Below, piece after piece: positions 48,276 through 60,790 of a DNA stretch of 64,000 nt; within the stretch, counting starts at the first letter, position 1; every line of letters starts with the position of its first letter. This stretch comes from Macrostomum hystrix (Eukaryota > Animalia > Platyhelminthes): contig CATNEN010000038.1 of the NCBI GenBank assembly GCA_950097015.1, positions 12,648,001 to 12,712,000 on the forward strand, given 5' to 3'. A program made the position numbers and the translations under genes. Under the pieces are notes generated by a model. That model searched no databases, was not told the DNA's origin, and saw nothing but the letters and a program-made list of their open reading frames with translations.

Positions 48276-51200
48276 TCAAAGCGCAACCTTTGACTGCAGT
48301 CGCCTTGGCCCGGTGATTTCGTGAGCCAGCATCGGGTCGATTGAGCCGTAGGTCACATGACCAGATACGACTGGCCAATTCTCGCGCGGCAGATAGGGGT
48401 GGCTACGGTCGCCCCGCTGTGGCTGCGTCGGTTGGAACATCAGGCTCGGCCCGTAGGCGGTGGCGCCTTCAAGGCCCGCGTCCAAGTAGCGTCGAACTCG
48501 GCCCTCGAGGCGACCCGGCCAGAAGGCGTCCTTGCGGGGTCCTCGGAGCTGGGCCTGCCAGTGAAATAGGCGTTAGCGTTGAAGCTACTCACTTGAACTG
48601 CTGAGTTCTCACCTGTCCTACTGAGTTCTCACCTGTCCTACTGAGTTCTCACCTGTCCTACTGAGTTCTCACCTGTCCTACTGAGTTCTCACCTGTCCTA
48701 CTGAGTTCTCACCTGTCCTACTGAGTTCTCACCTGTCCTACTGAGTTCTCACCTGTCCTACTGAGTTCTCACCTGTCCTACTGAGTTCTCACCTGTGCTA
48801 CTGAGTTCTCACATGTGCTACTGAGTTCTCACCTGTCCTACCGAGTTCTCACCTGTCCTACTGAGTTCTCACCTGTCCTACTGAGTTCTCACCTGTGCTA
48901 CTGAGTTCTCACCTGTCCTACTGAGTTCTCACCTGTGCTACTGAGTTCTCACCTGTCCTACCGAGTTCTCACCTGTCCTACTGAGTTCTCACCTGTCCTA
49001 CTGAGTTCTCACCTGTCCCGAATAATCCAATTTGGCCGTCATCCGTTGAAACTCCTCAAAGGTCAGCCAGCAGTCGACTTTTCGTCGAACCAGCGCCGTT
49101 CCAGTCGGCAGCTCCATTTCGGCGTCGTCGTCGTCAACCAGAAGATCCCGGCGAGTCGGCAGAACCCGGCCCAGGCGGGCCATATTGCTGGCTCGTCCGC
49201 CGCCGACGCTGGCGCCGCCGTTCTGGCGCCACCAGGGCGAGCCTCCGGCGCCGACAACGCCTTGAGCTACGCCTGCGCCACCGGACGAGGCGGCGGTCGC
49301 ATCGGCGCCACCGACTCCGCGACGTCCGCCAGAAACTGCGGCGGCCAGGCTGGCCCGATGTGCCGGCGGGAGGAGGACAGTCGCCGGCAGCTCGCCGGGG
49401 TTCGAACCCGGTAAAGCGACCTACGAGGAATGAGAATACTTTTTTGTGTTAATATGCCTATTTTATCTTTTTGAATCTATGCTGAAGACTAAACCTGCAA
49501 AAAACTTCTTTCCTACTCGTAAATCATTCCGCTCAAGATGGGTTTTTGGTGTGTTGAGCTTTGTTTTAAATAAGATTTGAGATGTCGGATAAGCTTTGAG
49601 ATGATGTCAGATGAGTCTATACGGAGTTGTAGGTTGTCAAATGGGATTGGAAGGCGTCGAATGGGATTGGAAGGCGTCGAATGGAGTTAGAAGGTCTCAG
49701 ATGGGATTTTAAAGTTTCAGATGGGATTGGTCCTACAGTCCCACCTGGTCGCCAATCTGTTTCTTAGTCCGGTCGGCCGGGTGCAGAAATACCCGACGGC
49801 AGAGGCGCTCTGAGAATACGACGCCGCGCTCCTTGCAAGCGTCCACAATAGCCATGAACTCGCGGAGCTGCCGCTGCCTGAAGGCGTCCACCTGTTCGGC
49901 CAGCGGCTGCTCCGGAAGGCTGGACGGTGTCACGTGATCGTCGATGTCCCTGTCGAATGTCTTCACCATGGAGCGGAACTCTTCGCCGCGCTGGCGCCCT
50001 TTCCGCATGTAGCCGAGGGCCACCTTGTTGCGTCGGCGAAGCTCGGCTGAAGCTTCGGCGTTGTTGACTGAGTAGCGCTCCTGATTTAAATGTGTGCGTG
50101 CGGTGAGGTGAATTCGTTAGGTCGGTCACGTGATCGGGTTGAGGTTGGTTACCCAACAGTTTCCTAACCAGCTATTTTCTCAAAAAAGTAATATGTAAAA
50201 ACCCATATATAAATTCTTTATTCTGTTTTTTTTTGTTCGGAATTATCTTTTGAAAACTGGTAAGTCTTACTTAAAACTATTTCCAAAGTCAAGAATGCTA
50301 AAGATTTATGCTTTTAAGTCTCATTTCGCCCACAAAAGAGCTCCTTATTATAATCATTTTAATGCTTTTCTATAATCAAACAATAGCTAGTTTTTATATT
50401 TGACAAATATTCGTTTATTCATTATTTGTAGTTAAAAAAAGTATCATAATAAATTTTTTTATTATTATCATAAAAAATTCAGGAATTTATTTTAACCATG
50501 CTAAAAATGTTTGTCTACGAACTGATACATATTCATAGTGCTAGCTAAGTTGTACAAAAATTGGTAATATATTAATTGTGACAATTATGACAATTTTATT
50601 GTCATACTGACTTTCTCGTTTAAAATAAAATAAGAAATGAAAACAAAAAAATAACATAAAAAGTTTAAACAAATATACATTTCTACTTAAGTTCATACGT
50701 AGATCATAAAGAATGTTTTTGTTCGTTTAATGTGTGTTACAAAATAGGGCTTTAATTATTATTATATTATAATATAAAACAATTATCTAAATGCCATGTG
50801 ATCATCATATATTTCTTTTATTTCTAATAAAAGTATTTCTAGGAAAAAATATTTGTCTATGAAACGGTTTTAATTACCAAACTTCTATTTCTGCTTGAAT
50901 TCATGTTAATCTACTTTAAAAAATATTTTCTATATTTTGAACATACCTGCGACGTGTCGAACTCGCCGGGTTTGAGCAGCGGCTGCGGTGCCGGCGGCGG
51001 CACAGAGGAAGCCGTCGATAGTCGACCGGACGCCATTGTAGACGCTTCAGCAGCCGGCCCGGGCGAACCAGGGCTGCTCGCATCGTCGCTATCGCCACCG
51101 ATCGGTGACTCGGCTTCGACGCCTCTGGCCAGCAGAAACTGGTTCGACTCCTCCGACAGCAGAGCCAGAAACTCCGGCGATCGGCGTTCGCGCCTGTAAT

Positions 51201-52170
51201 GCTCGAGGCCGTGGGCAAGCTCTCGATAATCAAGCTGATTGTTGTTGTCCTGATCCAAGGTGATGATCATGTCCTCCAACAGTGGCTCCGGCAGTGGTAC
51301 TCTATTCTGGCGCATAGCTTTACGAAACTCGTCCCGAGTCAACAGCCAGTCCTTGTCCTTGTCGATGCTGGTGAACAGGTCACAGAGGCGAAGCTTCCTT
51401 TTGCGCAGCTCGCTGTCAATGATGAACAGAGCCAATGGCGACGGCCTCTTCACTGACACCTTGGATTGTGGTCGTGTTTGAGTTTCGGTCACCTCCTCCA
51501 CAACGCGCTCAACTTCCTTCGGTCGGCGACTGTCTACGATTCGATTCAGTGCAGCCTTCTCTATGCTGGACATCTGGCCGCCCTTGCCTCTAAGGTAGCG
51601 CTCGACGTCTCCCATACGTTCTAGGTCCTGATGCTGGGACTGGCGCTTCTTTAGCCACTGTTGATAACGAGACAATTCCTTTGACGCAGGATCCTCTACA
51701 GTCGTAGCTTCAGACTCCTCTTCAACACTTTTCGATTGATCATAGATTCTCGGCAGACACGAAGCCGACGAAAACGATTCGATTCCGCGAAGTTCCGACA
51801 GCGGCTGTGCAATAAAGATGCGTCTTCTTCCATTATCTTTTGCGAGTCGTTCACGAACAAATCTCTGGTTGCCGAATGCCTTCAAGGCAGTTTTGTACAA
51901 CTTGGCATCTAGGAGATCACGACTTTTGAATTTCTTTAGCTGATCTTCAAACTCTAGATGTCCAAAATAGTTCGGATCGTATAACAACTCAAATGCATCA
52001 GTAAGACCTGAAAGAACATCATCATTTACTCCAGAATCATGAATTTTAGGTGGCTTTGGTGGTGGTTTCTCTTCTACTTCTACTGCTTCTGAGATATAAC
52101 GTCGCTTTAGCACCACTTTTGCCTGCTTTTTCGTTTCCTTTTGTGGCAAATATGAATTGATTGCAGGCAT
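48276..52170 (-). CDS. EFCAB12: EF-hand calcium-binding domain protein 12-like, 4 exons
   Basis: Phase-0 exons 52170-50947, 50080-49745, 49420-49013, 48554-48276. EF pair DKDKDWLLTRDEF / DQDNNNQLDYREL; blocks PSSL..VDAFRQ..CKERGV..FLHPAD and AFWPG resemble EFCAB12 as recalled. Confidence 0.8.
48598..49018 (-). repeat. 20-bp repeat duplicating the EFCAB12 exon 3 donor site
   Basis: Sense-strand unit GGACAG|GTGAGAACTCAGTA, ~21 copies starting at the true donor 49013/49012. Confidence 0.95.
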
Positions 52171-53202
52171 TTTATCCAAATAGTCGATAGTCAAACGTTA
52201 TTATGAATTTCTTGTAAAACATTGCAAATGATTTAACTTAAATGTACGCTGCTTGGCTTCTATAGATATAAAAAGTATAACAAAATGATTTTGTTTCGCA
52301 TCTTTAGGAAGGCAAATTTTAAGCTTTTTCCGATATAAAAATGAAAATATACCGCTTTTTATTTCTTTCAGACTGTTTTAGATTGAAAAAATGCAATAAA
52401 GGTGGTGACGTTACGTGTAATTTATTAGGCTGAATTTTTTCCGAAAAAAAACTTATTCTTGATATATTTTCAGGCCAAATAACTAAAAAACAGTCGACAA
52501 ATGTAATAAAAATATATAAATTATTACAAAAAGAGTGAAAACTTTGAAGTGAAGACTAGAGTGAAACACAATGGAACAAAATTAAATTAATCTAAATGCT
52601 TGATCTAAAGATACAAACAAGTATAAATGTCAGCATATTTAGAATAAATATATAAATTTTATGTGAAATAAGTAAAAAATGTTGCATGTAATATATTTAA
52701 TTAATGCACGTCTTATAGAGTCGGAATTAAAAGATAATGAGAAATGAATGACTTGTGACTTTGTCAATAACGTTAAAACATAATTTATAGACAGCTTCGT
52801 GATTAGAAAATTTGTCTCAAATCGTGCGAATAGTTTTTTCAAGTGTGAATAGTTAGGCCATTATCTTTATTTAAATTTGAAACTGAACTATATTCTGTTT
52901 TCAACGAGTATTCAGTTCAAACAGTTTCCGCATTCCCGATTCCAAAAACGTTACATTTGCAGCCGATAATTAGCAAGCCGCTAAAAAGCATAAAAATTCT
53001 CTGTCTGAAACGATCCCTCGAGAATCGCGCACTTAAATTATTCTGCGACTGGCCACTGACTGTAAAAAACGGATCATTAGATCCCATAGGATATAAATCA
53101 TCGCCTAATGCTTGATCTAAAATATTTTTTCTGGGCTTCGGCTATTTAATCCTGTCGTCTAGCTGACCGCAGACCATAGAATAGCGTTTTACTTGCCTTA
53201 AA

Positions 53203-55793
53203 ATGAATGCCAATGTTTTATACCATAGCTACGGCTGCTCCATTAGTCGCTGCCTAATCACTCAACTGATATCTGTCACTGTCTTGACTCTGCTCCACCT
53301 GACGCCGTCCCCGCCAGCTGCTCATCGGCTTCTGCTGATGAGCGAGGAGTCAAACTCACTGATAAAACAGCCGACGTGCTACCCGGATGGGCCGGCTTGC
53401 CGTGCTCTCGGCGACTGCTGCGGCCTGATGACCGAGGCGCCCTTCAGAAGACCAGCTGCCGCCTGCGTGCCTGCTGACGCCTGCTCCGACTGCGAAGCCC
53501 GCCTACAGCAAGAATTCGTCACCGGGCGGCACGTCTTCGCGATCAAAGGCTGTCTTGATGGCCTGCCCGACGGCCATCCGTCGGCGATCAGCTGCCTTGG
53601 ATCGCAACGCCTGACGGAACATCCGCGCAACCAGCTGGAGCTGCCCGCCTGGTCGTCGAGCTCCGGCCTGCTGTACCTGAGCGGCCACTGTGCTCTCTGC
53701 AACGGCGAGTCGCAGGCGTTGCTGAAATATGCCCAGCTGGCCGAGCGGTGCGTCTGGTCCAGTCCGAGGCTTGCCTTTCATGAAGAGATTCCACTGGTTG
53801 GCGGAAATGAAACTTCGGATGTCAAGCCGGCCCCGCAGCCACGCCATGGCACCGTCTGCACACGCTACCTGACCGTGAACGCCAGCTGGGTGCACGAATG
53901 CCACCCGAACCTTGTCAGCGACTGTCTCGGTCCCGGCTCGTCAGCTCCCGTCTTGAAGTCGGCCTGTAGAAACTCGCCAACGAGTTACGACTTCTGCCAG
54001 GGTGTCTGGTATCGCAACATCTTCTGTAGGCTGTGCGGCCAGCCGGACAACTCACCAGTGCGCCCTTGCATGCACTTGCTAGAGAGCATCACCGACCAAA
54101 TGATGATGACATTTGTCAGCTTTCGTCATCTGACAGTCAAAGTTAGCGAGGCGGAGTCTCCGCTGCTGCGAATTGTTAGATGCAAATGGGGGGCGCTGTC
54201 AGAAACCGCTGACAGTTGTCACTTTCAGATCGGTTGGGCTGGTGAAATCTTGGGTCGAGAAGTCTTGGGATCGAGAAGATTAGGGATCGAGAAGATTTGG
54301 GATAGAATCTGCCTTTGAATCGCGATGAGTGACGGTTCGCCAAGAATAGCAAAAAACTAACAAATCGCTACATTTTCATTTCCAGACGATCACAAACAAT
54401 TCCCTGACGCCCTTCAACAGTAGCAGTGACGGTCAAAACCAGCAGCCGCTTCGATGGTGGCAGCAGACGGCGCTCTACCCGATGCACGCCCTGTCCGTCT
54501 CCTGCCTGTTGGCATTCCTGGTGCTGCATTGCGCCTCGCCCAGGCTGCAGAACCGGCCTGGCTGCCTCCTGGCCTGGCATGCGGCCTGCGTGGCCGCCGC
54601 CCAGACTCTGGTGAGTCGACGAGGTTGCTCATTTTCGCACCTTGATACGATGATCGACAGATTAGCCATGTGTTTTAGGGTTTAGCGCATGGAATACTGA
54701 ACAGAGGAGAGGCTCAAACTTCCACTTCAAAAACTGTGGAACAAGTGCCTAGGTATATATACTAGTCACGTGACACTTACTGCAGTGGACTCTTCTTCTT
54801 ATGCCGGCGGTTCTTTCCCTTATTAATCGACCGTATCTCTTGTCTCATAAGCCTTCTTAGCAGTTTTAAGTAAATATAACTGTCAAGAACCGGTTTTGCA
54901 ATTGTCACATCATTTCTTAAAATAGCATATGAGTCATGATGACTAATTTCTAAAAATAGATAAACTGTTTAGAACTTAGATTTTCCTGTACTGTTACTCT
55001 AGGTAGCATAGCACGTATTTGGGCATACTGTATGATTTTACTACTGTCCACATGATCCACAATGCTGAAGGCTCTGACGGCAGTGTTTTTCGACTCAAGC
55101 TCAACCAGTCTGTCCAGCTGGGCCTGTCCGGCTCTACCGCTGGCTTTCTATTTCTGCCTGTCCGGCGCATTCGCCTGGGCTTCGGCCTTCGGCATCGACC
55201 TGCTGCGCAGCGTCTCCCAGATAGCCCCGACCAGACTGACTGGCGGACTGTCCAGAGCCGCTCACGCTCGACTTTGCGCCACCGTCTGGGCTTTCCCAAC
55301 CGTGGCAACATCCGGCCTGGCAATCGGGCACGTCGCTGCGGACGGCGGCCTATTCGAGATTCTCGACGGCGTTGGACGCTGCGAATTTCGGCCAACCGGA
55401 CGCTGGGCGATGCTCGGCCTCTGCCTGACGCCGCTAAGTCTCACTCTGACGCTCAACCTCGCAGTGTTGGTCGGGCTGACCGTCAGCCTTCGACGACGCG
55501 CCGCCGAAGCCGCCGATGCCGCTGCAGTCCGACACAATGGCGCCGTCGTCGGCCTGTCGAAAACTACCGCCAAAGTATCGGTGGCTCTCGGCTTCACCTG
55601 GCTGCCGCACGTGTGTCTGAGCAACGCCACCGACAATGCGGACGTCCTGTTCGTCGGCCAGCTACTCGCCGCCTCGCATGGCCTTCTGCTGACGCTGGCG
55701 TTCGGTGTTAGTCGGCGAATTCGCGCCGAAGTCAGCCGGGTCACGGGCAGCCTGGCCAGGGGAGTGCGGAGGACGCAGACGAGCTCTGTGTGA
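53203..55793 (+). CDS. Putative 7TM receptor with Cys-rich ectodomain (Methuselah/secretin-class-like); model incomplete, possibly a pseudogene
   Basis: Exon 53203-~54140 with a hydrophobic leader and HCALCNG and YRNIFCRLC motifs. Exon 54386-54610 with TM1/2-like segments. 55062-55793 has several TM segments (VALGFTWL, ASHGLLLTLAF). No clean in-frame junction into the last block was found. Confidence 0.5.
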
Positions 55794-55809
55794 CTGGGGA
55801 GTATTGTCG

Positions 55810-58068
55810 ATTGACTAGCGGTGTGACAAGCGAGTGACTGGCAGTGTGACAAGCGAGTGACTGACAGTGGGACAAGTGAGTGACTGGCAGTGTGACAAGT
55901 GAGTGACTGACAGTGGGACAAGTGAGTGACTAGTAGTGTGACAAGCGAGTGACTGACAGTGGGACAAGTGAGTGACTGGCAGTGTGACAAGTGAGTGACT
56001 GACAGTGGGACAAGTGAGTGACTAGCAGTGTGACAAGCGAGTGACTGGCAGTGTGACAAGCGAGTGACTGGCAGTGTGACAAGCGAGTGACTGACAGTGG
56101 GATAAGTGAGTGACTGGCAGTGTGACAAGCGAGTGACTGACAGTGGGACAAGTGAGTGACTAGCAGTGTGACAAGTGAGTGACTGACAGTGGGACAAGTG
56201 AGTGACTAGCAGTGTGACAAGCGAGTGACTGGCAGTGTGACAAGCGAGTGACTGGCAGTGTGACAAGCGAGTGACTAGCAGTGTGACAAGCGAGTGACTG
56301 ACAGTGGGACAAGTGAGTGACTGGCAGTGTGACAAGTGAGTGACTGACAGTGGGACAAGTGAGTGACTAGCAGTGTGACAAGCGAGTGACTGGCAGTGTG
56401 ACAAGCGAGTGACTGACAGTGTGACAAGTGAGTGACTGACAGTGGGACAAGTGAGTGACTAGCAGTGTGACAAGCGAGTGACTAACAGTGTGACAAGCGA
56501 GTGACTGACAGTGGGACAAGTGAGTGACTAGCAGTGTGACAAGCGAGTGACTGACAGTGGGACAAGTGAGTGACTAGCAGTGTGACAAGCGAGTGACTGG
56601 CAGTGTGACAAGTGAGTGACTGACAGTGGGACAAGTGAGTGACTAGCAGTGTGACAAGTGAGTGACTGACAGTGGGACAAGTGAGTGACTAGCAGTGTGA
56701 CAAGCGAGTGACTGACAGTGTGACAAGTGAGTGACTGACAGTGGGACAAGTGAGTGACTGGCAGTGTGACAAGTGAGTGACTGACAGTGGGACAAGTGAG
56801 TGACTAGCAGTGTGACAAGCGAGTGACTGACAGTGTGACAAGTGAGTGACTGACAGTGGGACAAGTGAGTGACTGGCAGTGTGACAAGTGAGTGACTGAC
56901 AGTGGGACAAGTGAGTGACTGGCAGTGTGACAAGCGAGTGACTAACAGTGTGACAAGCGAGTGACTGACAGTGGGACAAGTGAGTGACTGACAGTGGGAC
57001 AAGTGAGTGACTGACAGTGGGACAAGCGAGTGACTGACAGTGGGACAAGTGAGTGACTGGCAGTGTGACAAGTGAGTGACTGACAGTGGGACAAGTGAGT
57101 GACTAGCAGTGTGACAAGCGAGTGACTGGCAGTGTGACAAGTGAGTGACTGACAGTGGGACAAGTGAGTGACTAGCAGTGTGACAAGCGAGTGACTGGCA
57201 GTGTGACAAGCGAGTGACTGACAGTGGGACAAGTGAGTGACTGGCAGTGTGACAAGTGAGTGACTGACAGTGGGACAAGTGAGTGACTGGCAGTGTGACA
57301 AGCGAGTGACTGGCAGTGTGACAAGCGAGTGACTGACAGTGGGACAAGTGAGTGACTGGCAGTGTGACAAGTGAGTGACTGACAGTGGGACAAGTGAGTG
57401 ACTGGCAGTGTGACAAGCGAGTGACTGGCAGTGTGACAAGCGAGTGACTGGCAGTGTGACAAGTGAGTGACTGACAGTGGGACAAGTGAGTGACTAGTAG
57501 TGTGACAAGCGAGTGACTGACAGTGGGACAAGTGAGTGACTGGCAGTGTGACAAGTGAGTGACTGACAGTGGGACAAGTGAGTGACTGGCAGTGTGACAA
57601 GTGAGTGACTGACAGTGGGACAAGTGAGTGACTGGCAGTGTGACAAGCGAGTGACTAACAGTGTGACAAGCGAGTGACTGACAGTGGGACAAGTGAGTGA
57701 CTGACAGTGGGACAAGTGAGTGACTGACAGTGGGACAAGCGAGTGACTGACAGTGGGACAAGTGAGTGACTGGCAGTGTGACAAGTGAGTGACTGACAGT
57801 GGGACAAGTGAGTGACTAGCAGTGTGACAAGCGAGTGACTGGCAGTGTGACAAGTGAGTGACTGACAGTGGGACAAGTGAGTGACTAGCAGTGTGACAAG
57901 CGAGTGACTGGCAGTGTGACAAGCGAGTGACTGACAGTGGGACAAGTGAGTGACTGGCAGTGTGACAAGTGAGTGACTGACAGTGGGACAAGTGAGTGAC
58001 TGGCAGTGTGACAAGCGAGTGACTGGCAGTGTGACAAGCGAGTGACTGGCAGTGGGACAAGTGAGTCA
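55810..58068. repeat. 23-bp minisatellite (~2.25 kb) starting just after the 7TM stop codon
   Basis: CAGTG(T/G)GACAAG(C/T)GAGTGACT(GG/GA/AG) units. Confidence 0.97.
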
Positions 58069-58527
58069 TAATTAGCGTTGATTACCACATGCGGTGTTAC
58101 AATGGGTCAGGTGCCATATAATTAAACTTTATGTTTGGCGCTTCACCAACTAATACGATTTACAATCACAAGCAAAATAAAAGCTTAATGTTAATGACAA
58201 ATAATAATGACCCGAAATAAGACCGAAAGTATTCTTTTTTTTCTCAAAAAAAATAAAATTGCTCGACCATTCGTTCTGCCGCTCCAGCAAATCACCTGCT
58301 TCTTATTGGTGGAGTCAATTCCCCAGATCAAACTATAGTTGTGAACTGAGCGAGTTCCAGCGAGTGAACAAATGAACACTACTGTATAGAACAAATCATT
58401 CAATCAACTGAATCGATTGAAAATCGCCCAGAGAGAAATATCTCATGAATAATAATCGATGGGTCGTTGGGTTGAAAATTTTACTGAACAATTGAAACGG
58501 GATCTCTCGCCACCAGGATTTCGCAGG

Positions 58528-58536
58528 ATATAAAAA
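58528..58536 (+). promoter_or_regulatory. TATA box of secreted Cys-rich gene A
   Basis: ATATAAAAA ~105 bp upstream of the ATG; an equivalent element precedes paralogue B. Confidence 0.6.
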
Positions 58537-58633
58537 GTGGGATAAATATTCACCACTGTACTAAAATGTGTTATTAAACTCAGCTGATCACAGTACAAAG
58601 ACGTCAAGATCCTAGCTAGGTTGAACATCGAGA

Positions 58634-59291
58634 ATGCGATTCCCGCTGCTGATCGTGCTGCTCTGCGTCGCTCTCGCCGCCACCTGCCGAGGCTGGGGTA
58701 AGTGAGCATTGAACATTCCCGTCTCAATTTTGTCACAACCATTATAACAAATCGAATAATTAAATTTGGATCCGGACAAAAAAAATAATTTTAGATTTGA
58801 CAGGAAAAGGCCGCTCGGGGATCAGGTGAGCGACTGAGAATTGGCATAACAATACAAAGACCACGCTATATCGGAGAGAGCGGAAGATTTTCATGGCGAT
58901 TGGTCGAATATTTTGGGGGATACAGAGAACAATTTTGTTATTTGAAATACCCCGCGTTCTTTCTACTGTTGAGGCAGATTGAAGAAAAAACCTCCAACCA
59001 TCCATATTTATTCTTAGCCAGAAGTGTGAAATTCTGCGCAACTGTCGCAGCCCCATGTGCAACAAGCTGGGTAGCCACCAACTGTGCCAAACAGGGTGCG
59101 AGGTGTGCCGGGTTTGCCGGTTCCACCGGGACGTGCTGTACCGCACCAACACAGGCGAGCTTCGCCGCAGTGTGTACACAGGTCAGGTGCTGTCAAAGCA
59201 CTGCAGACACTGTCGTGACTATTGCCTTGACACCACTAACAACGGCCAATGCGCTAATCGTGATTGGTGCAAAAATTTCAAGCTGGACTGA
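58634..59291 (+). CDS. Secreted cysteine-rich protein A (122 aa, 12 mature Cys), family not recognised
   Basis: Exons 58634-58697, 58795-58825, 59018-59291 (GT-AG) give MRFPLLIVLLCVALAATCRG-WDLTGKGRSGISQKCEILRNC...WCKNFKLD. Exon sizes 64/31/274 are identical in the paralogue. Confidence 0.88.
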
Positions 59292-59767
59292 GTGCAACTA
59301 TCTTCGTCTATGGCCTAAATCTATGGCCTTTGACGATTATCGAGCAACTTCTGCACTTAGCATCCCGTCTAAGTCCTTGGTTTTGAGTAATAAACTAATA
59401 AACTGCGATACGTACTTCAATTGATTTGTTTTCATTTACACGATATTGTTGTGGTAAAAGGGTAACTAGAATATTAAAATGAAAAGATCATTGTGTGTGT
59501 TTCGCTAAATATGACAAAAATTCATAACCCGCATTATATTTTTACTTTTTTTCTCATTAACATTTTCGACGATCTTAGCAAAGTAACGCTTTATCGTTAT
59601 TTAGCGTTGCCCATCCAATGACTATTAAGCAGACTGTTTATTATTACTTGAGCCAACCTTGATTCTAGTCAGATTCCTAGTCAGATTCTTCTGGCGATTC
59701 CTGTTTCGATTCTCACAACAGCGTCTGCTGCTATACTATTTGGGACTTCTGTTATTAGGAGTCCAAT

Positions 59768-59975
59768 TAGCTGCGATTCTAACAAGGACTCCTGCTGCGA
59801 TTCCCATTAGGAAAACTGCTGCGATTCCAGTTAGGACTCCTGCTGCGATTCCGATTAGGAAAACTGCTGCGATTCCAGTTAGGAAAACTGCTGCGATTCC
59901 AGTTAGGACTCCTGCTGCGATTCCGATTAGGAAAACTGCTGCGATTCCAGTTAGGACTCCTGCTGCGATTCCGAT
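59768..59975. repeat. 24-bp minisatellite downstream of gene A
   Basis: CTGCTGCGATTCCAGTTAGGACTC units. Confidence 0.9.
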
Positions 59976-60707
59976 GCGGTATTCAAGCAGTACAATCAGC
60001 TTGGGGCCATTCCTGAGCACTTATCATTATGATTATGGTGTCAGTATTGCACGGGTCTTGGCAGGCATTGCCCATAAATTGAATAAACTTTTAAGCAATA
60101 TTTTATTATTATCAACTGTCTACTTATAGTATGGTACTCATAGTTTTGTTTGCGTCAGACTGTAAGGAAATTAATTTTAAAATATTTTTTTGTATTTTGA
60201 AAAGTGAGTCATTGGTTCGCAAAATTATAGCTGCGATACATTAATTATAAACCCTTTCTTTATCTTTGCCAGGAAGCTTTTTGTGTCCAAAATGAAATTA
60301 CCGATGACTCAGTCCTTTGATAACCACCTGCTGCTAAAAGAGTCGTTCAGGAACTGAAGTCAGTGCAGTAGCTAGTGTGAAATTCGCCCAGCCTGAGTTG
60401 CATTGTATAATAATCATTTCCTGACTGTCATTCACGAGCAGTCAAACAACACAAAGGCAAGGCTTTTTTGGCGGCATTTTGACAAATAGAGAAGAGGCCA
60501 AACGCTAAGAGGGACAATCCGATACGTTAAATATTCAGCTTGGCGTGACACAACACTAGAGTAGCTCACGGGCTCATTTGTGCTAAACAAAAATAACAAT
60601 TCAATTGATCGGTCGAGTGGGCGGTTAGGAGTGAATGAAGAATTTTAGCAGCTGTGTGGTAGTGAATCTTCAGAGACCAATCCCCTATTTTGGCAATCCT
60701 ACCAGGG

Positions 60708-60716
60708 TATAAAAAG
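60708..60716 (+). promoter_or_regulatory. TATA box of secreted Cys-rich gene B
   Basis: TATAAAAAG ~83 bp upstream of the ATG. Confidence 0.6.
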
Positions 60717-60790
60717 GCGCACAGTTAAAGCGCTATTAAACTGATATTAAGAAATCAAATATTAGCTAAAAAGCTGAAAGTTAAAGATCA

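Noticed and set aside
55794-58088. His/Cys-rich ORFs (SHCQSL...)
   Set aside because: Products of a 23-bp repeat cycling through frames.
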